64,000 nt of DNA from Candidatus Azobacteroides sp. Its GTDB lineage: Bacteria; Bacteroidota; Bacteroidia; Bacteroidales; WRGA01. A model generated the notes under the pieces. It was not told where the DNA came from and searched no databases. It was given only the letters and a program-made list of their open reading frames with translations. Shown here one piece after another: positions 63,657-64,000 of this stretch; within the stretch, counting starts at the first letter, position 1, and each line of letters opens with the position of its first letter. Made by a program: the position numbers and the translations under genes. Location: contig WRGA01000119.1 of NCBI GenBank assembly GCA_009787405.1, forward strand, positions 328 to 64,327, read 5' to 3'.

Positions 63657-63913
63657 AACAAGTATAATGATTTCCGGCCGTTTGATTTTTAGGTTCATGT
63701 AAATCTTTATTAGACTTTATTTAAATTTCAGGCAAATATCCTGAAAAGAACAAATCCTTTCGGAATAAAATTTGATAATTTTTTAATTCTTGATTTGGAT
63801 AAATGACACAATCATTTAATTATTGAAACCTGTTGTGCATTTAAAATTTTTTGCTAATGAGTTGATTTAAGAAATCACAACTTTCTAAACACACAACAGG
63901 GTGGTAATCCGTT

Positions 63914-64000
63914 TCATCGCTTCAATCTTTGTACGGCTTCCACTAATTTATCTATTTCGTCTGTTGTGTTATAAAACGCAACCGAAGGTCTTACGGTGGC
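63914..64000 (-). CDS. sufS: 3' end of a SufS-type cysteine desulfurase (partial, runs off the window)
   Basis: The reverse strand reads ATVRPSVAFYNTTDEIDKLVEAVQRLKR*, which matches the conserved SufS C-terminal pattern (R.S...YNT.EEID.LV.AL). Confidence 0.6.
   Translation of the reverse strand, partial: ATVRPSVAFYNTTDEIDKLVEAVQRLKR

Noticed and set aside
1-64000. tRNA or rRNA genes, integrases, transposases, restriction-modification or other known defence genes
   Set aside because: I saw no T-loop or acceptor-like tRNA signatures, no rRNA-like conserved stretches, and no ORF with recombinase, transposase, nuclease-helicase or methyltransferase motifs. This is a by-eye negative and should be confirmed with tRNAscan-SE, Infernal and defence-finder tools.

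Overview
This is a 64 kb chromosomal segment from a Bacteroidota genome, probably of Bacteroidales type. The evidence is a SusC/SusD pair, a hybrid two-component regulator, four Por/T9SS C-terminal sorting domains and TAnnTTTG promoter-like boxes.

- **1-6.7 kb:** an ECF sigma operon preceded by duplicated Gly-rich membrane proteins. It converges on a 7-gene minus-strand operon made of a helical periplasmic protein, a Sel1-repeat T9SS cargo, a 341-aa Cys-rich secreted protein, and four tandem paralogous 4-TM proteins. Orphan 3' stubs of the Cys-rich gene sit between the paralogs. This is my best candidate for an undescribed toxin/bacteriocin-immunity-like system.
- **7-8.4 kb:** mgtE with a structured leader.
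- **9.2-34.6 kb:** a large polysaccharide utilisation locus. It holds two FN3+beta-helix paralogs, two repeat-rich T9SS cargo proteins, SusC/SusD, an FN3 lipoprotein, GH2, a GH28-SGNH fusion, an HTCS regulator and GH105. The content looks rhamnogalacturonan/pectin-like, but I cannot recognise a lyase.
- **34.8-54.8 kb:** mostly housekeeping genes: MBL hydrolase, cdaA, folP, ppdK, a P-type ATPase plus Fur-family regulator, a CoADR-rhodanese-TusA-DsrE fusion, an HD hydrolase, DUF1599, a DoxX-like protein and a Na+/H+ antiporter.
- **54.9-62.3 kb:** an AT-rich accessory stretch with a TPR-DUF2971 protein, small membrane proteins and lipoproteins, and several disrupted genes.
- **Repeats:** two 337-bp TIR-bounded, hairpin-rich MITE-like elements lie in inverted orientation at 8.6 kb and 59.7 kb.

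I recognised no rRNA, tRNA, CRISPR array, integrase or transposase. All calls rest on reading the translations and sequence by eye; no database search was run.
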